A stretch of DNA of 64,000 nucleotides from Octopus sinensis (lineage: Eukaryota). A model generated the notes under the pieces. It worked only from the letters and a program-made list of their open reading frames with translations, was not told the origin of the DNA and made no database searches. The stretch lies in assembly GCF_006345805.1 (NCBI RefSeq), contig NW_021832828.1, positions 1-64,000 on the forward strand, given 5' to 3'. Shown here piece after piece: positions 63,061-64,000 of the stretch (the first letter of the stretch is position 1; every line of letters starts with the position of its first letter). The translations under genes and the position numbers were made by a program.

Positions 63061-63378
63061 ATTTATCCCCCTTTAAATATGGATGTTCAGTTAGAACAAG
63101 CTATACTGCAGTAGATACCATGAGAGAAACTCTCATATGGGATTTTGGTACAAAATGCACTCTTGTCTATATCACTAACAGGGAGATAAATCCCTGTCAT
63201 ATCCAGTGCTGAGACCACCAGATCACATGACCAAGGTAGGTCAAAATCACGTGATCTGATGGCCTTGGTGCTAGAGATGGCAGGGATTTATCTCTCCACA
63301 AGTGATAAAAATAAGAGTGCATTTTACACCAAAAGCCAATATGAGAGTAGAACATCCACATTTAAATGAGGATGAATA
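63061..63378. repeat. Foldback palindrome (MITE-like), about 100-bp inner arms plus outer arms, 16-nt loop
   Basis: 63129-63230 aligns to the reverse complement of 63247-63348. The outer TTAAATATGGATGTTC / GAACATCCACATTTAA arms also pair. Confidence 0.85.
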
Positions 63379-64000
63379 CTGTACCCTGTATTGAGTAAAC
63401 TGACCCTGTTTTCGAAGTTGGTTAATTTGCATACAGTGTGTTAAAAAATTATTCTAGTTTAATTTAATAACAAAGTGTGTTAGAATTTTTTCTTTTTTCA
63501 GTGGTTTGATAAAGATTAAACATGCTCTACTTTAGAATTTTCATTTGAACTTGTACCTGTTAAATAAAAATCACATTCTTTACTCTCTTCATTTATCATC
63601 CTATAAACATTTTAGTGTATGCGTGGTACAATGATATATTTTAAGAATTTTAAATGGATTACTAAATATCAAACAGACCCTGCTTTAGAAGTGTAGTAAT
63701 TTAAATACAATTTAGTTTTTTACTTTTCATAGTTTATTTTATAGTATAAATATATTAATATACTAGCTGCACTCCATGTAGATTTTACCTAGCTCCTGCA
63801 GGGATGCAAATGGGGCCCGTGTCCCAAAACTAAAGAGAGCTAAATACCATAAATATAATACATCTATAACAACTATATGCCCTGGTGATGCTTGATCAGA
63901 GGTTAAGGATGGATGAGAATTAATTCTCTAATGTAATCATTCTATTGTTCCAGTCCCAAGTTGAATTCCAATTGTTGGCCAATTTGTCCCAAAGTCCTTA

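Overview
AT-rich, repeat-dense eukaryotic (invertebrate) DNA. The SINE and microsatellite landscape looks like a coleoid cephalopod (octopus); this is my recognition and has not been searched. One clear host gene is present: a CDK2AP1/DOC-1 homologue on the minus strand (CDS 32733-33074), with two candidate upstream exons (49429-49488, 58923-58965) and a possibly ~5.8-kb 3' UTR. Mobile elements include a very young, full-length CsRN1-clade Ty3/Gypsy LTR retrotransposon (1817-7115) that splits a 145-codon ORF of unknown origin, CR1-, RTE-, Tx1/L1- and R4/Dong-type LINE fragments, two Tc1/mariner elements, a non-autonomous Helitron, several MITEs and many tRNA-derived SINEs. Tandem repeats include a 12.2-kb CpG/CRE-half-site-rich 5/10/15-bp satellite with higher-order duplications and a 48-copy 51-bp minisatellite derived from an RTE LINE C-terminus. 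Structural findings include a MITE that captured 377 bp of nearby DNA, hammerhead ribozyme motifs and long foldback hairpins. Coordinates of degenerate repeats are approximate. No database search or folding computation was run.
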